A DNA stretch of 64,000 bases, from assembly GCF_009914755.1 (NCBI RefSeq), contig NC_060942.1. One strand, written 5' to 3'. The DNA is from the human T2T-CHM13v2.0 reference genome, Homo sapiens. Below the pieces are notes generated by a model, which did no database searches, had not been told where the DNA came from, and was given only the letters and a program-made list of their open reading frames with translations. How positions within the stretch are numbered: the first letter of the stretch is position 1; each line of letters starts with the position of its first letter. The translations under genes were made by a program, and so were the position numbers. Shown piece by piece: positions 15,780 to 29,155 of this stretch.

Positions 15780-16773
15780 GCCTTTCCATATTACCCAGAG
15801 AGGGTCCATATGACATTATTCTGAATTCCTCTCAGAACTTAAAGGGAAACTTTTACAATGGCCAGAACCTGTGATGTCCTGAACATGAAAGAGGAGGATG
15901 TCCTCAAATTTCTTGCAGCAGGAACTCACTTGGGTGGCACCAAGATTGACTTCCAAGTGGAACAGTACATCTGCAAAAGGAAAAGTGATGGCATCTGCAT
16001 CCTAAATCTGAAGAGGACCTGGGAGAAGCTTCTGCTGGTGGCTCATGCCATCATCACTGTTGAAAGCCCTGCTGATTCAGTGTCATATTCTCCAGGAACA
16101 CTGGCAAGTGGGCTTTGCTGAAGTTTGCTGCTACCACTTGAGTCACTCCTATTGCTGGCCACTTTGCTCCTGGAACCTTCCCGCACCAGATCCAGGCAGC
16201 CTTCCAGGAGCTGCGTCTGCTGGTGGTTACCGATCCCAGCCTCTCACACAGGCATCTTACACTAACCTGCCTACCATTGCTCTGGGTCACACAGATTCTC
16301 CTCTTTGCTGTGTGGACATTGCCATCCCATGTAACAACAAGAGAGGCCCCTCAGTGGGCCTGACATGGTGGATGCCAGCCTGGGAAGTTCTGCATAAGCA
16401 TGGCATCATCTCCCGTGAACGCCCATGGGAGGTCATGCCTGATCACTACTTCTACAGGGATCCTGAAGAGATTGAATAGGAAGAGCAGGCTGTGGCTGAA
16501 ATTCCCAGGAGGAATTTCAGGGTAACTAGACTGCTGCATATCTTGAGTTCACTGCTACTCAGCCTGCAGATACCTCTGGGCCCACTCAGCAGTTCCCTAC
16601 TCAAGACTGGAGCTCTTGGCCTGCCACAGAAGCCTGGTCTGCAACTCGACTGCTCAGGCCACCAGATGGGTAGGAACAACCACTGAGAGGTCTTAAGCTG
16701 TTCTTCCACAGACTCTAAAGCAAGATGGAAATAAGCTTGATGAAAAATAACCATCAGCTTCTAAAAACATTAA
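15780..16773 (+). pseudogene. RPSA: Processed pseudogene of RPSA (40S ribosomal protein SA / laminin receptor); RPSAP number not determinable
   Basis: Intronless. 5'UTR cctttcc...aacttaaagggaaacttttacaATG (15858); translation [22 protein letters not shown]...[11 protein letters not shown] and NLPTIAL...DIAIPCNNK...PWEVMPD...YRDPEEIE; frameshifts, in-frame TAG at 16477-16479, ancestral TAA at 16694-16696, 3'UTR, short A tail and degenerate TSD. Confidence 0.96.
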
Positions 16774-16834
16774 TAAAAATAAAAGCAAAAAAATTTTTAA
16801 AAGAGTCATTAGAAGCATTCACACTGTCAATCAG

Positions 16835-17006
16835 TAAATATTTATTGGGATATGTATTCATAAATATTTATAAATATAAGTATTTATAAATATTTATTAT
16901 TTATATATAAGTATTTATAAATATTAAATATTTATATTTATTATATTATATATTATTATTTATAATATTTAATAAAATAAATATAAGTATTTATAAATAT
17001 TTATTA
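16835..17006. repeat. AT-rich low-complexity array
   Basis: ATATAAGTATTTATAAATATT occurs three times; very high AT content. Confidence 0.85.
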
Positions 17007-17714
17007 GCTACACTGCTGGCCAAGATAAATAGATACAAAGATGGATACTGCAGTCTGGTTGATGAAATAGCAACTAATATACAGCGATGCCAATCACAGG
17101 ATACAGATATGCAGGATGCTATGAAAACTGAGAAGGGAGGCGGTCTCACTCTATATGGGTGAAGCATGCCACAAGATATTGATATGTGAGATGAAGCTTC
17201 AAGGAGATGCAGGTGGACAAGGAGGTGCACTGACAAGTTTTAGTCTTTGTTTGAGAAGACTGAAATTAGTAGGGATTCCCTCTAAAAATGAAATAGTCCA
17301 CAACTGAAGAAAAACTTGAAGATTACGCCAGTGTCATCAGATGGCAAGAATATCCATAAGTTAGATCTCAGGTATGAGGTAAGACTCCTAATTGCCGGTC
17401 GGATGAGACAAAAATCAGGAAGTTGACTTTGGTTTCTGGACGGTAAGAATGTTACTGCTATTGGGAGGATTTGTGGTAAGACCTGAGCCCTCAGTGGTGT
17501 CAATAATCTTTAAAGACTTGTTTTGAAGTATTGCTACATGGGTCATACTTTATTCCATGAAAAGCTTCCTGAAATATTGCAAGCATTTTTGAAAAACAAA
17601 TTTGGCCTTATTTTATACAGATCAGAGATGCTTGTAGATATAAGAATCTTACAACTTATTGTTTTTATGTAGTTAACACTCTTTTCGTCTTTGGAGGCAT
17701 TCAAGCTTACTATT

Positions 17715-17940
17715 AAGATAGAGAGGCTGGAATAAATCAGCTTTGATGCAGATTCAGGCTCTAGTACCTACCTGCTGTCCTTCTTTACTTTAATTAGCCT
17801 TTGTTTTGTCATCCAAAAAATTGAGAGAATAATAGTGCCTTCATCACAGAATTATGATGGAAACACAATCAGTATATGTAAAGCACTTAGCAAAATGGCT
17901 GGTGTGTGTTAAATACTTAATGCATAAGATTTCTTATTAT
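17715..17940 (+). mobile_element. MIR
   Basis: gagaataatagtgccttcatcacagaatt ... tatgtaaagcacttagcaaaatggctgg. Confidence 0.7.
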
Positions 17941-18925
17941 ACTCAATCCACAATTCACTTTTTGTATACTTGCATTTCATAATGATTTGGCCTCAAGTAA
18001 CATACTAACTTATATAACACAAACCAACCTTTATCTAAGAATTCTGGCTTAGGGGCTATGATGAGAATATGCTTCCTGATAGTGAAGAAAAACAGTACAG
18101 AGATTTAATGTTTCCCTGTAAATAAAATAAAATCAGTCTCCATGTATCTAAAAAATGTGTATCTGCTTTGGATTATTTTGTAAAGTTTTGCCAGGCAAGA
18201 CCAAGACAGGATTTTTATGTTTGGCTTTGTTACACCCCAGCCTACTCTCCATAGAGCAGGACCTCCTCCCCACAATCTCCAATCCTATATAGCCTCAAGT
18301 TTCTCCTCAACTGCCTTCATTTTTGCTTGTGAAAGAAGAAATCTATCTTGCGTAACTTTTTCTGTCCCCTCCTGATGATGAAAATTTGCCAGCCCAATGT
18401 CTCACTCTCCATATTACCTTATAGAAGAATACTAGTTAATATAATAGTGATTGTTAATATCTATGGCCTACTTCCAAATGACGTGGATAAACTAGCAAAG
18501 TCCTTTTAATACATTCATTTTGTTTTAGTCTTAAATAGATTTAAACAAAAATAAAAACCTGGGTAATACCAATGCCATTTTGCCATGGATATGAATTGTG
18601 AATTGAGAAAGATGGCTGATGATGCTTAATGAATGACCACAGTGGATAATTCAGTCTGAGGAGTGTGAGAAGACTTTTAAACAAAATCTGAATAATAGGT
18701 CTTGACATTTCAGTGCACATGTGTTTGTGTGTATGTGCCCACCTGCATGTATATGAGTTCATTTAAATTCTTTTGCTTCTCATACTTTGCCTACCAAATA
18801 ATTATGATTTTCCAAAATATGCGTGGGTTTCAGAGCCAATGTTAGTTATTAAATTGTGTAATTAGAACTTTGCAGCTTGAGTATTTTATGTTCTCATAAA
18901 GATTTTGTGCATAAAGACTTTATTA

Positions 18926-19241
<316 letters not shown>

Positions 19242-19644
19242 AGACTTTCTCAGTGGTTGATCCTATTCTATTTAAAATTATAATATTTAATTATATCTAC
19301 AAAATCATCTGAGTTCTCTTAAGAATTTACACATTTCCTGTGAGGATGGTGTGATAAAGATATAAGCACTAAAGGGACTTTGGAGTGCTCTGTAGAAGTC
19401 AGAATGATTATTGTCGGAATTTGATGATATAGATTCTCCCAGAACCTCACAGCAGTTCTCACTTCTATGCCTTAACACACTGGGATTCACTATGATATAT
19501 GTCACAAATAATTTCTTATTAATAAAATACAACCATTTCCAAATGAATCACTCAAGTTTACATTGATTTAAAACTCCCTAAAACAGTGTGGTCCTCTTGA
19601 GTGTGAAAAAAGGCAGTAGTTACAGATATTTTGTGTAAGGCTTA

Positions 19645-19808
19645 AAACATGGTCTCAGACTATAGTGGGACTATGAGTCTCCTGGGGAGGCTGGTAAAAT
19701 GCAGATAGATGGACCCAACCTGGGTTGAGGCACAAATTTGCATGTTTAATGAGTAACTCAGGTGATTCTGACACAGATGCATAGACATTGCATTTTCACA
19801 AACAGTGG
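19645..19808. mobile_element. MER5-type hAT MITE
   Basis: gtaaaatgcagat ... tttgcatgtttaa ... caggtgattctgac. Confidence 0.6.
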
Positions 19809-20493
19809 TGATGGGGTCAAAGGAAAGCTTCCCATCTGTCCTTTATAGGTTCACTGAAAATGAACTGACAAAAGACAGATTAATAGATGAAAAAGGTATA
19901 CAGCATTTATTTTAATGCATGTGTGGACACAGAAGCCATACCCAAAGTATGAAACTCAAAGAGGAACTAAATGGTTGAGGTTCACATATGCTCTTCATAG
20001 AAGAAAGGTGTACAGACCCAGGAGGCAGACATCATTTTGTAAACTATTCTCTGATTCTCTGTGAAAGATGGATGGGACAAATTATGGAAGGTGAGGGGCA
20101 GAACACGGGTTGTCTTATTATGCAGGTAAAGTTCCCCAGGTAACTTCTGGGAGTTGCCCTTAGAAGAATAGGTGAAAAGACTGTCTGGGCATGGTGATGA
20201 CTCCCAATCTCTTTTCTTCTTCCTTGGTGTGATCCTTCCTGGTTATCTGATGAGGTTTCTAGGGAAGGGGCCTTAAGACAATCGCATTTCTTTTGCAAAG
20301 AATCTTCCTTAGATAAGAAAATTTCAGAAAGAGTCCCTTCCAGTGATTCTGGAAAGAGGATCTGAGAGACAGGGAGGTAGGGGAAAGTCAGAGAGAGAAC
20401 TTGGTTCTTAGGCTTATTTCTATGGCCTTTCCATTTTCAAAGCACTCGCATGCTGAAACGCCAGGTTTTGGAGAATCATTTTCTGAGCCCCAG
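19809..20493 (-). mobile_element. ERV1 solo LTR, MER39-like
   Basis: Reverse complement begins GGGGCTCAGAAAATGATTCTCCAAAA and contains TCTCTCTGACTTTCCCC and an AATAAA signal. Confidence 0.7.
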
Positions 20494-21744
20494 TGGCAGC
20501 TTGACTTCACCAAAGGCATTCCTTCCAGCCCAAATCCCTTGCTCTAACTCTCAGTCTGTAAGACCTGCTGGGGTATATCCTCAGCCAAAGGAGTTTTGGC
20601 TCACAGATCCTAACTCCTTACGACAGGTGCCAACATCTGGTAATTCCTAATGAGTTACCCTCCTACTCAACTGTATTATCAGAGATTGCAGAGGAGTTCT
20701 CTAGATTGTGTTTCACTTCCACCTACAAAGAAAACTGAAAAACAATTTTTTTATTTCTAAAAAGAATGTTATATTTTTTAAAAGCTACTGAGTGGGATAA
20801 AAGAGTCCAAAGAAAGCTACAATTATTAGCGACTTATCTTGAGATAAGGAGAGCTAATACAGAAGGAAGAAAGGAATAACATTTTTCTAATATTCATAAG
20901 TGTAAAATAGAGGCTTTGGATTTGGGTGGGGGGTTGGTTGTTTTTTTGTTTTGCTTCAAGCTCTAATAATGTTAGCTGTGTTTTATACTGTCAATTAATA
21001 CCTGTTAGTAATTGTGCTCTTTGTTTTGGACTTTTAAAAATAAATACTGTTTAGAAATCCATAGAGACAAGCTTTTAAATATACCTACTGTTATTGAATG
21101 GCTCATCATTGATATTTGGGATTTTGCATCAATTAATGTCATAATTTCAACAATTCTGTACTTGAACTAAAAAGATAAATGACTCATGCTATATTTATGT
21201 GCAACAGAAGTTCCAGTTTTCCTCAGTAGTCACTCTAGTATGTCTCTGTCCATTCATATTTGTAAAGGGAACTGCTTCCTTCCATTTTTTATCAATTAAA
21301 TTAATGATCATTTTCAGAATCTTATAATGATCCAGCGCTAGAATATTAGAAAACAAATATTCTATTTACAGTCAGCAATGTGAAGATGTAACTATCTCTT
21401 GAAATGTTAGGAATCTTTGTTTTTTATTTGCTTGAGTACAGAAGGATAACATTACAAATTTTACTTGAATTTTTAATGTTTAAAGTTTTAAATTGCACTG
21501 AACAACTGTATAGAAATTGGACCTTCCTTCCTTCTTCCTTCTTTTCCTCCTTTCTTTTCATTGTCACTGATACAACACCTATTCATCGTTAGTCAATTTG
21601 GCTAACACTAAAGAAACAAAGACCCAGCCTTTGACAGCTCTCCCAGAGTTAATGATTAGTTGCAGAGACAGAGGAAGGACACAGTAAACCCAACAGAAGT
21701 TAGTAAGTACTGTGGAAGCATCAGATACTGAGTTCCCTGAAGGA

Positions 21745-22630
21745 ATTCATTCATTTTTTGAGTGCCAGGCTCTGTCTTAGTGCTGAGGATGCAGAGTACA
21801 TTCACCGAATTCAAGACACTCAGGTTATAGAGAAGAATGATTAATTATAATACCATGTTATAAGTCTAATGATAGAAAATTGCACAGAATATTTCAAAAA
21901 GCAAAGAACCCATAAGTCAATGGAAACAAGGTGCCATTTTCTGGAAGAGAATGTAACAGAAATGAGTCTTAGGTGATGGGCAGGAGTTAGTCAAGCAAAA
22001 AGCAGAAGGCCACAGGCACAGGTTGCAAAGCATGTCGGAGAGGAGCAACAAACAAAATGTTACTTCTGGGGAATTGAGTTCTAGGCAGAGAGTAGAAAGT
22101 TGTAAGTGGAGAGGAAGGCAGATGACAGTCTGCAGAGAGGCCCATGGCCACCTGAAGAGAAAGGACTTTATCCTGCCCTCGAGAGACACTGAAGTTAAGA
22201 GGGCAGTCAGACAGCTTTTTACCTTTTACACTCTGGCAGTTTTATAGCCAATTGGTTTAAGAAAGACAATACTAGGAGCTTGAGGCACTGGAGTAGTTCA
22301 TATGAGAGGGGAGGGACAGGAGTGCTGAAGAGGATGGTAGCAGAGAGATATAAAGGAGGTGAGGTCTACAGCACTTAGTGGTTGGCTGACAAGGGGAAGT
22401 GATGTAGAGGGGGAAAGTCAAGAAAGACACCCCAAGTTCTAGCTTGGTTGACTAGATGGAGGCAGTGCTAGTGACTGAGAATTTTGGAGGTGAAATAGAC
22501 ATGAAGAAAATGATCAATTTGCTTTTGGACACATTGATTTGAGGTCCCTGTGTAACCTTGGAGGAGCCATCACAGGTAATTAGATATTTGAATGTAGGAG
22601 TCGGCATATGAGAAATTAAATAGACTTGGG
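21745..22630 (-). mobile_element. L2 fragment
   Basis: attcattcatt tail; gagtgccaggctctgtcttagtgctgaggatgcag; ttttggacacattgatttgagg. Confidence 0.7.
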
Positions 22631-22773
22631 GGTCACAGATTAAAGGGATCGTTGAAAAACTCTTTTGAGTTTTATTTTGGACACAATGAATTTAGGAAGT
22701 CATTGGAATGTAGCAATGCCCCTACAAAACTCAGAAGTGAGGTTGAGTAAAAAACCAGAGCATATTCATGGAC
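22341..22773 (+). repeat. Local dispersed duplication, copy 1
   Basis: Aligns end to end with 24003-24431 at roughly 90% identity by eye. Confidence 0.93.
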
Positions 22774-23382
22774 TCTATTTCTCTGAGAATACACAAAGTA
22801 TGACTGACTAGGCAGGTAAATCTACCCAGGTGCTGGAGGAAGATGTAAGAGATATAGGGAAATCGATGAAGCATAGAATAAAGAAGCTCCATAAGAAATT
22901 GAGCATCGCATGTATGAAGTTGTGGGAAAGCAGTTGAGGAGATGACACAGTCATTACAGAACATACTGAGCCAGGAAACTATAGAAAATACTGAGCCAGT
23001 TCCTGAAATAAAAATTTCTCTGGTTATCATTTCTCTTGGGCTACAAAGTCACAATTTACACTAGCTGGGGTTTCATAGTCCTCAGTGGCCGCAACAGGCT
23101 CATGCCCTTAGATCCAAATTGCGGCGTTATGGTAAGGAGCTAGTTCTTCCCGTCACAGAAGTTATTACTACTTGCAGCCATTCAATTTAGCACATCATGA
23201 CATACAGGTGTGCATTTTTCTGTACTTGCTTTGCATGTAAATTGAGGCAGTGGTGAACATGGTGGTGAGCTCACTTTTTTCAAATTTATTTTAAAATTGT
23301 AAGCTGACAATTTATAATTTTCTATATATGGGCACTAACTGTCACATTAAGCCATAGCCTTGGTTCATTCAGGCTTATGGGT

Positions 23383-23561
23383 GGTGACTCTCAAATCTGG
23401 CTACCAACTGGAATCATTTGAGGAGCTTTTATTAAAGACCGATGAAACAATCCATGCTCCAAAGATTATGAGTTAATTGCTCTGGGGTGGGGCCCAAGCG
23501 TTTGTAAATTTTAAAAGTCCCCCAGGTGATTCTCATGTGCAAACAAGATTGAGAATCATTG
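23383..23561. mobile_element. MER5A1-like hAT MITE
   Basis: ctctcaaatctggct ... ggaatca ... ttaattgctctggggtggggccc ... ccccaggtgattct ... ttgagaatcattg. Confidence 0.75.
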
Positions 23562-24002
23562 CTGTAAAGTAAGAAAACACCTGCTTTACCAAATCAGAGT
23601 AGCTGCGAATAAATTGAATAAAATAGGGAATGTGTGGGAGAGTGTATTCACATGGTGGGGGCATTGAGGAGTGAAACAGCAGAGTCCTAAGAAAGCAGCA
23701 AGAAAGGTTTTCTATTTGGGGTTTGTTTGTTATTTTTAACATTTAAAGTTACCTGTGGAAGGTAGGCAATTGACTGGAGCAGTAGGCAGCCTAGAAGTTT
23801 CTGTGTTCCTCCCAGCAGCCAGGAGGTCTATGAAAGTCCCTTATCAGCAGAGCAGAGATGCGTGCTGTTGTGGCCATTCTACAGGGCATTCATCCCACCA
23901 TGGAAGAGTTCCACCAGCTGCATATTTATAGTTGCCTGCCTTGGGGAGTCTGCCCCTTTTTCCAAGCTATCCACTTGGCTGTCTACTTTTTGTGTCTATC
24001 TC

Positions 24003-24431
24003 CAGAGAGATATAAAGGAGGTGAGATCTGTAGCACTTAGTGATTGACTGATAGAGGAAGTGATATAGAGGAGGAAAGTCAGGAAAGACACCCCAAGGTC
24101 TAGCTTGGGTGACTAGATGGAGGGCAGTGCTAGTGACTGAGAATTTTGGGGGTGAGATAGGCATGAAGAAAATGATCAATTTGCTTAACATTGATTTGAG
24201 GTGCCTGTGTCACCTTGGAAGAGCCATCACAGGTAATTAGAAATTTGAATGTAGGAGTCTGGGCATGTGAGATATTAAATACATTTGGGGGTCACAAGAT
24301 TAAAGGGATCATTTAAAAAACTCTGAGTTTAATTTGGACACAATGAATTTAGGAAGTCATTGAAATGTGGCAATGCCCCTACAAAACTCAGAGGTGAGGT
24401 TGAGTGAGAAACCAGCAGCATATTCATGGAC
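24003..24431 (+). repeat. Local dispersed duplication, copy 2
   Basis: CAGAGAGATATAAAGGAGGTGAG ... GCATATTCATGGAC, shared with 22341-22773. Confidence 0.93.
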
Positions 24432-25161
24432 CATTTTTCTTCCATGCCTTGTATTCTAGTACCTTGTTGAATCTGCAGGCTTAACTAGTTAATCATTGTT
24501 TGGCTTTGGGCAAGTTATTCTAATTCCTCTACTTTCTATTTCTTCATCTGTACATAAGTTTGCTGTGAGGGTAAAATCAGATAATACATCTAATGTACCC
24601 ATCTCAGTGGTAAACAGATTGTAAGCCCACAGAAAAAATGGTGATTTTCCTTTTTAATGGCAGCCACAATAAAGTAGCCAGTCCTCGTGTAAATCAAGTG
24701 GCAGTGCAGTTCTACGCATGATTTATAATTTATTTTGTTATTTGTTTTCTTCTTCACCCAGATTTTTCCCTAAAACAAAAACGTCTATAAGCTTTCACAG
24801 GTGCATTTAATGTAATGAACAACAGAAGAAATAAGAAAGATACCTGTGTATGTTAATTGCTTGGTAATTTGTACGTAATTTATCTCAATGCATAATTTAT
24901 GTCACTTATCACACCCAGTAGTTTTGCCATTTTATAAAATAGTAAGTTAATTTCCAGCCCACCGGAGCCATACACACTCACACACTTGGGGTTTAGAAGA
25001 AATATTTATACCAGCAGACCCAACTGTTTATGGATTCTCTATCTCCACTTAGAGACATTAGACCAAGAAAATGGTGCCCTGTTTACAGAATGAGGGTTGA
25101 ACAGGACTGTTCTTTTTGAATGTGTACCCTTGTTTAAAAAATGCTTTATAAATTGCATTAA

Positions 25162-25523
25162 TGATATGGTTTGGCTCTGTGTCCCCACCTAACTCTCATC
25201 TTGAATTGTAATCTCCAGGTGTTGAGGGAGAGACCGGGTGGGAGGTGATTGCATCGTAAGGGCAATTTCCCCCACGCTGTTCTCGTGATAGGGAGCGAGT
25301 TCTCATGAGATCTGGTGGTTTTATAAGTGGTAGCTCCTCTCTTGTTCTCTCTCTCGTCACCACGTGAAGAAGGTCCTTGCTTCCCCTTGCCTTCTACCAT
25401 AATTGTAAGTTTCCTGAGGCCTCCCCAGCCATGGCTAACTGTGAGTCAATTAAATCTCTTTCTTTTATAAATTTTCCAGTCTCAGGTAGTATCTTTATAG
25501 CGGTGTGAGAACGGACTAATAGA
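25162..25523 (+). mobile_element. MaLR solo LTR, THE1C/D-like
   Basis: TGATATGGTTTGGCTCTGTGTCCCCACC ... ACGGACTAATAGA; TSD ATTAA/ATTAG. Confidence 0.9.
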
Positions 25524-25550
25524 ATTAGCTATATGAATATAAGTTGTTAT

Positions 25551-26074
25551 TGTTAGCAGAAAACGTTCTTGGATCTAGTGCAGAAAGGAATTCAAGGCAA
25601 ATTGCAAAGTACAGTGAGAAGCAATTGAGCTTTATTGAAAGCTCCTCCATTACAGAGTAGGGCGTCCTCAGAAAGCAAGTGGAGGAATGCACCGTCTTTG
25701 TTTCAAGTTTTTCTTATGTACGGATCTTGTCTACGTAAAGGTAAACTAAGCTGTAACTATGTGTAGGTGGGCTGACAGCATGACAACATTTATCATTTTG
25801 TTGATTTAAAGAAAACTATTTCTGACATTTTAATGTGTAAATACATCAAAGCATAACTATAATTATCCTGAAAGCATATATTGTTATGAGTATTGGGACA
25901 TCTGGACTTTCTGTTGTTGGAGTTTATCCTTGTAGGTATCTTTAAATTGTTTCCTGAGTTGTAAATATCTTATAACCATGTGACTGGCAATAAATGTGCC
26001 TTGCTAGTTTTGAGGTGGAGTTGATTTTAAAATGGTGTCAACTCTGGCTCTCCTAGGCTCCTGCATCCCTGACA
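25551..26074 (-). mobile_element. ERV1 solo LTR (MER66-like, MER4 group)
   Basis: TG...CA ends; perfect 4-bp TSD TTAT/TTAT; reverse start TGTCAGGGATGCAGGAGCCTAGGAGAGCCAGAG. Confidence 0.75.
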
Positions 26075-26214
26075 TTATTGCTATTAGGATGATGATTTAT
26101 TGACTCTTCTGTGAAAGAAAAAGTTTGAAAATAGCACATTTTCAGAACACAGCATATTGCTCTGTTGGCACTTTGGAAATGCTTGCTTACTTGCATTTTT
26201 AAACATGTCACTTA

Positions 26215-26598
<384 letters not shown>

Positions 26599-28849
26599 CT
26601 AGAATTCTTCTCCTATGTGACAATGACAATGTAATCCTCACAATTAAAGGCCATGATAAATTACAAGTAGGTGATTTCCCCTTCCAGGCACTTTGATATT
26701 TCACCCTTTTCAGAGCTAAGGAGAGGTCAGATAAAATAGGCCAACAGTATGGTCTGCATCAGATCACTACTTTGCAGTAATTTTATTGTGCAAATGCCTC
26801 ATCTGACACCAGATCTCCATCTTTATTAACATTTAGTTTGAATTCCTGGAAGGAAAAATCAATAATAGCAAATGCCCCTGTTTTAGCACAGCCATCAGAG
26901 TTCCATCAGTCAAATGAATGTGTAGGAAAATCATCTTGGTATCAGTGGGCAATGATCTTATTAAACTATTGCACAAGGGGAAGCTGAATATTACATAGAA
27001 AGCAAATACCAGCGCCACCAAAATCTGTCCTTTGTCACAGCCATGTTTGAAATAAAGAAACAACCAGCAAAGACTTCAACCTATTAATAGTAACTGTTTT
27101 GATTGGCTGTTTCAGTAGGGATATAGGTAGTATTTTCTATCTGCAGTTTATTTGTGTCTCTATACAAAAGTGAAAACATCTATCACTGAATAATAAAGAA
27201 TCATAACTGAGTAGTATTATCGACCTACTGAAAAAGTATGAGGTGATAATTGATTTTTCAGCTAGGTCATTCTGTGAAACATGACCTCCATTGTACAAAA
27301 ATCAACAGGAAAGATGAAGGAATTACCCAAAAGTTTGCCTGTTCTGTACCAGTGATATTTCCTTAGGTAACAGAAGGACAATGTGAAAGTACTAATTTAC
27401 ATTTCCTTGGAATCATTGCCACCATTTCAGTTGAAACTGGAAGCATTTCCTTTCTATTCCACATTGTACTTAATTAGGTCTCCCACATTATTTAAAGAGC
27501 TCAACATTGATATCCTGACTATAGGTTCGATTCTTCCTGCCCCTAAAATACTGCTTTTCTACCATGTTTTTTTTCCTCCAGCCTTCTTTAGCCCCTAGGA
27601 ACTTACCATACTGTTATTCAGAGCTACCAATTCAATGTGGAGAGTATAGTAATACTATAGCTGTAGTATTCTGAAGAATACCACAGAGCTGGTGTTGATG
27701 AACAGGAGCCTACTGTGCTGTCTTCTGGACTTGGATGTATTTATGAGTCTGGGCAGGGCTAGCAACAAGCCAGACTTTGATGTATATTTGTCTGGTTTAC
27801 CTTAGTACTGTACCAGATATTTATGTTAAATGAATATGGATGAATGGGTAGAAGAAGGCATGAAGCATGAAGGTGACAGATACAGGAATACATTACTAAG
27901 GTCAGTTGAGAAACTTCATTTGACTTAAAAGATGATGAATTTCTGTACCTATCATCATAGTACTCATCAGGTTCTTCCTTTATATCTAACTAAAGTTTCA
28001 TATTTCATCTTAGTTAAAAATGTATAGGGTAATCTTCATGGAAACAGATCAACCAAAGCTATTCCACTTGGCAAACAAGTGGTATGGGGTTCAGATAGTA
28101 TGACACCTGCAATGATCGCTAGAGGTCTGGATAGAGCCAGGACACAAATGTTCAGAGATCCATTAGGCTCAAGGTTGCTGGTCAATGAGAGATGGAGACC
28201 AGTGGTCCTGGTTTCAGAGCAGGAGTAGGCCAAAGTCTCAATTAGGAGACAGACCCAGATATTAGCATGCCAAGCATAAGCAGAAAAGGAAAGTGTACAG
28301 GTAACAACCATTTAAAAGGACATCAGAGTCAGACAGAATAGGGGACCCTGGGAGCCCATGGATTCCCAAGCCAGTATCAAAGAAAGTCAGGATCAAAATG
28401 CAGAGATAAAATTTGAGCTCTTGAGGGCTCAGGAAAAAAGCTATTGCTGTAACATCAGAGTGGCTCTAACCTCTGCTGGATGTCTGTTGGACATCAATTA
28501 GAAGACTATTTCCTTCTAAACTTCGCAATTATCATACCTTTTGACTATAAACTATTTCATCTTAATTTGAGAAACAACAATTGCATAATAGTAACAAAGA
28601 TGGTGTGAAATTAAATCAACTCTTTCATGAGAAAGCTGTTGATATCTAATTTTATTTACAACCTCTTGTATATATAATGAATTGTTATATGTGTTCACTA
28701 AGAACTGAATATGAACAAATTTGTATAAATTATAAAAGGGACAATGTAATTTATCTCTAAGGACCAATTTGATAAAATTGGGACAAAAAAGATTACTTAT
28801 TTTTCTTTGTAAACACTGAACAAGATAGTTCTAGTTGAGATCATTCTAG

Positions 28850-29085
28850 TACAGGACAATAATAGGTTTTATGGGACTTGAAGTTTGTAAAATTTGAGAA
28901 AGCCTCTTTGATTTAATTATAATATAATTAATTATAAATACAAAATTAGGTATGAAAACAATCTTTCCAAATGACAAAAATCCCAGAAATTACAAATTCT
29001 TTTAAAAATTGACAAATACAAAAAAATCACAAAATCTAGAAATATTTTTATTAGTAAATTATCTGGCATGCCTCTACAATACTTG
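28850..29085. mobile_element. hAT-type DNA transposon fragment (MER53-related)
   Basis: ttttatgggacttgaagtttgtaaaatttg ... aatacaaaattaggtatgaaa ... tgacaaatac ... atcacaaaatc. Confidence 0.4.
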
Positions 29086-29086
29086 C

Positions 29087-29155
29087 TTTTCTTTTTTTGA
29101 GATGGAGTTTCACTCTTGTTGCCTAGGCTGGAGTGCAGTGGTGCGCTCTCGGCTC
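29087..29155 (-). mobile_element. Alu 3' fragment (Sq/Sp type)
   Basis: T tail followed by GAGATGGAGTTTCACTCTTGTTGCC...TCTCGGCTC, then an abrupt break; no TSD seen. Confidence 0.9.

Noticed and set aside
15858-16696. RPSA as a functional gene
   Set aside because: Intronless, with frameshifts, deletions, a premature TAG and a poly(A)/TSD signature.
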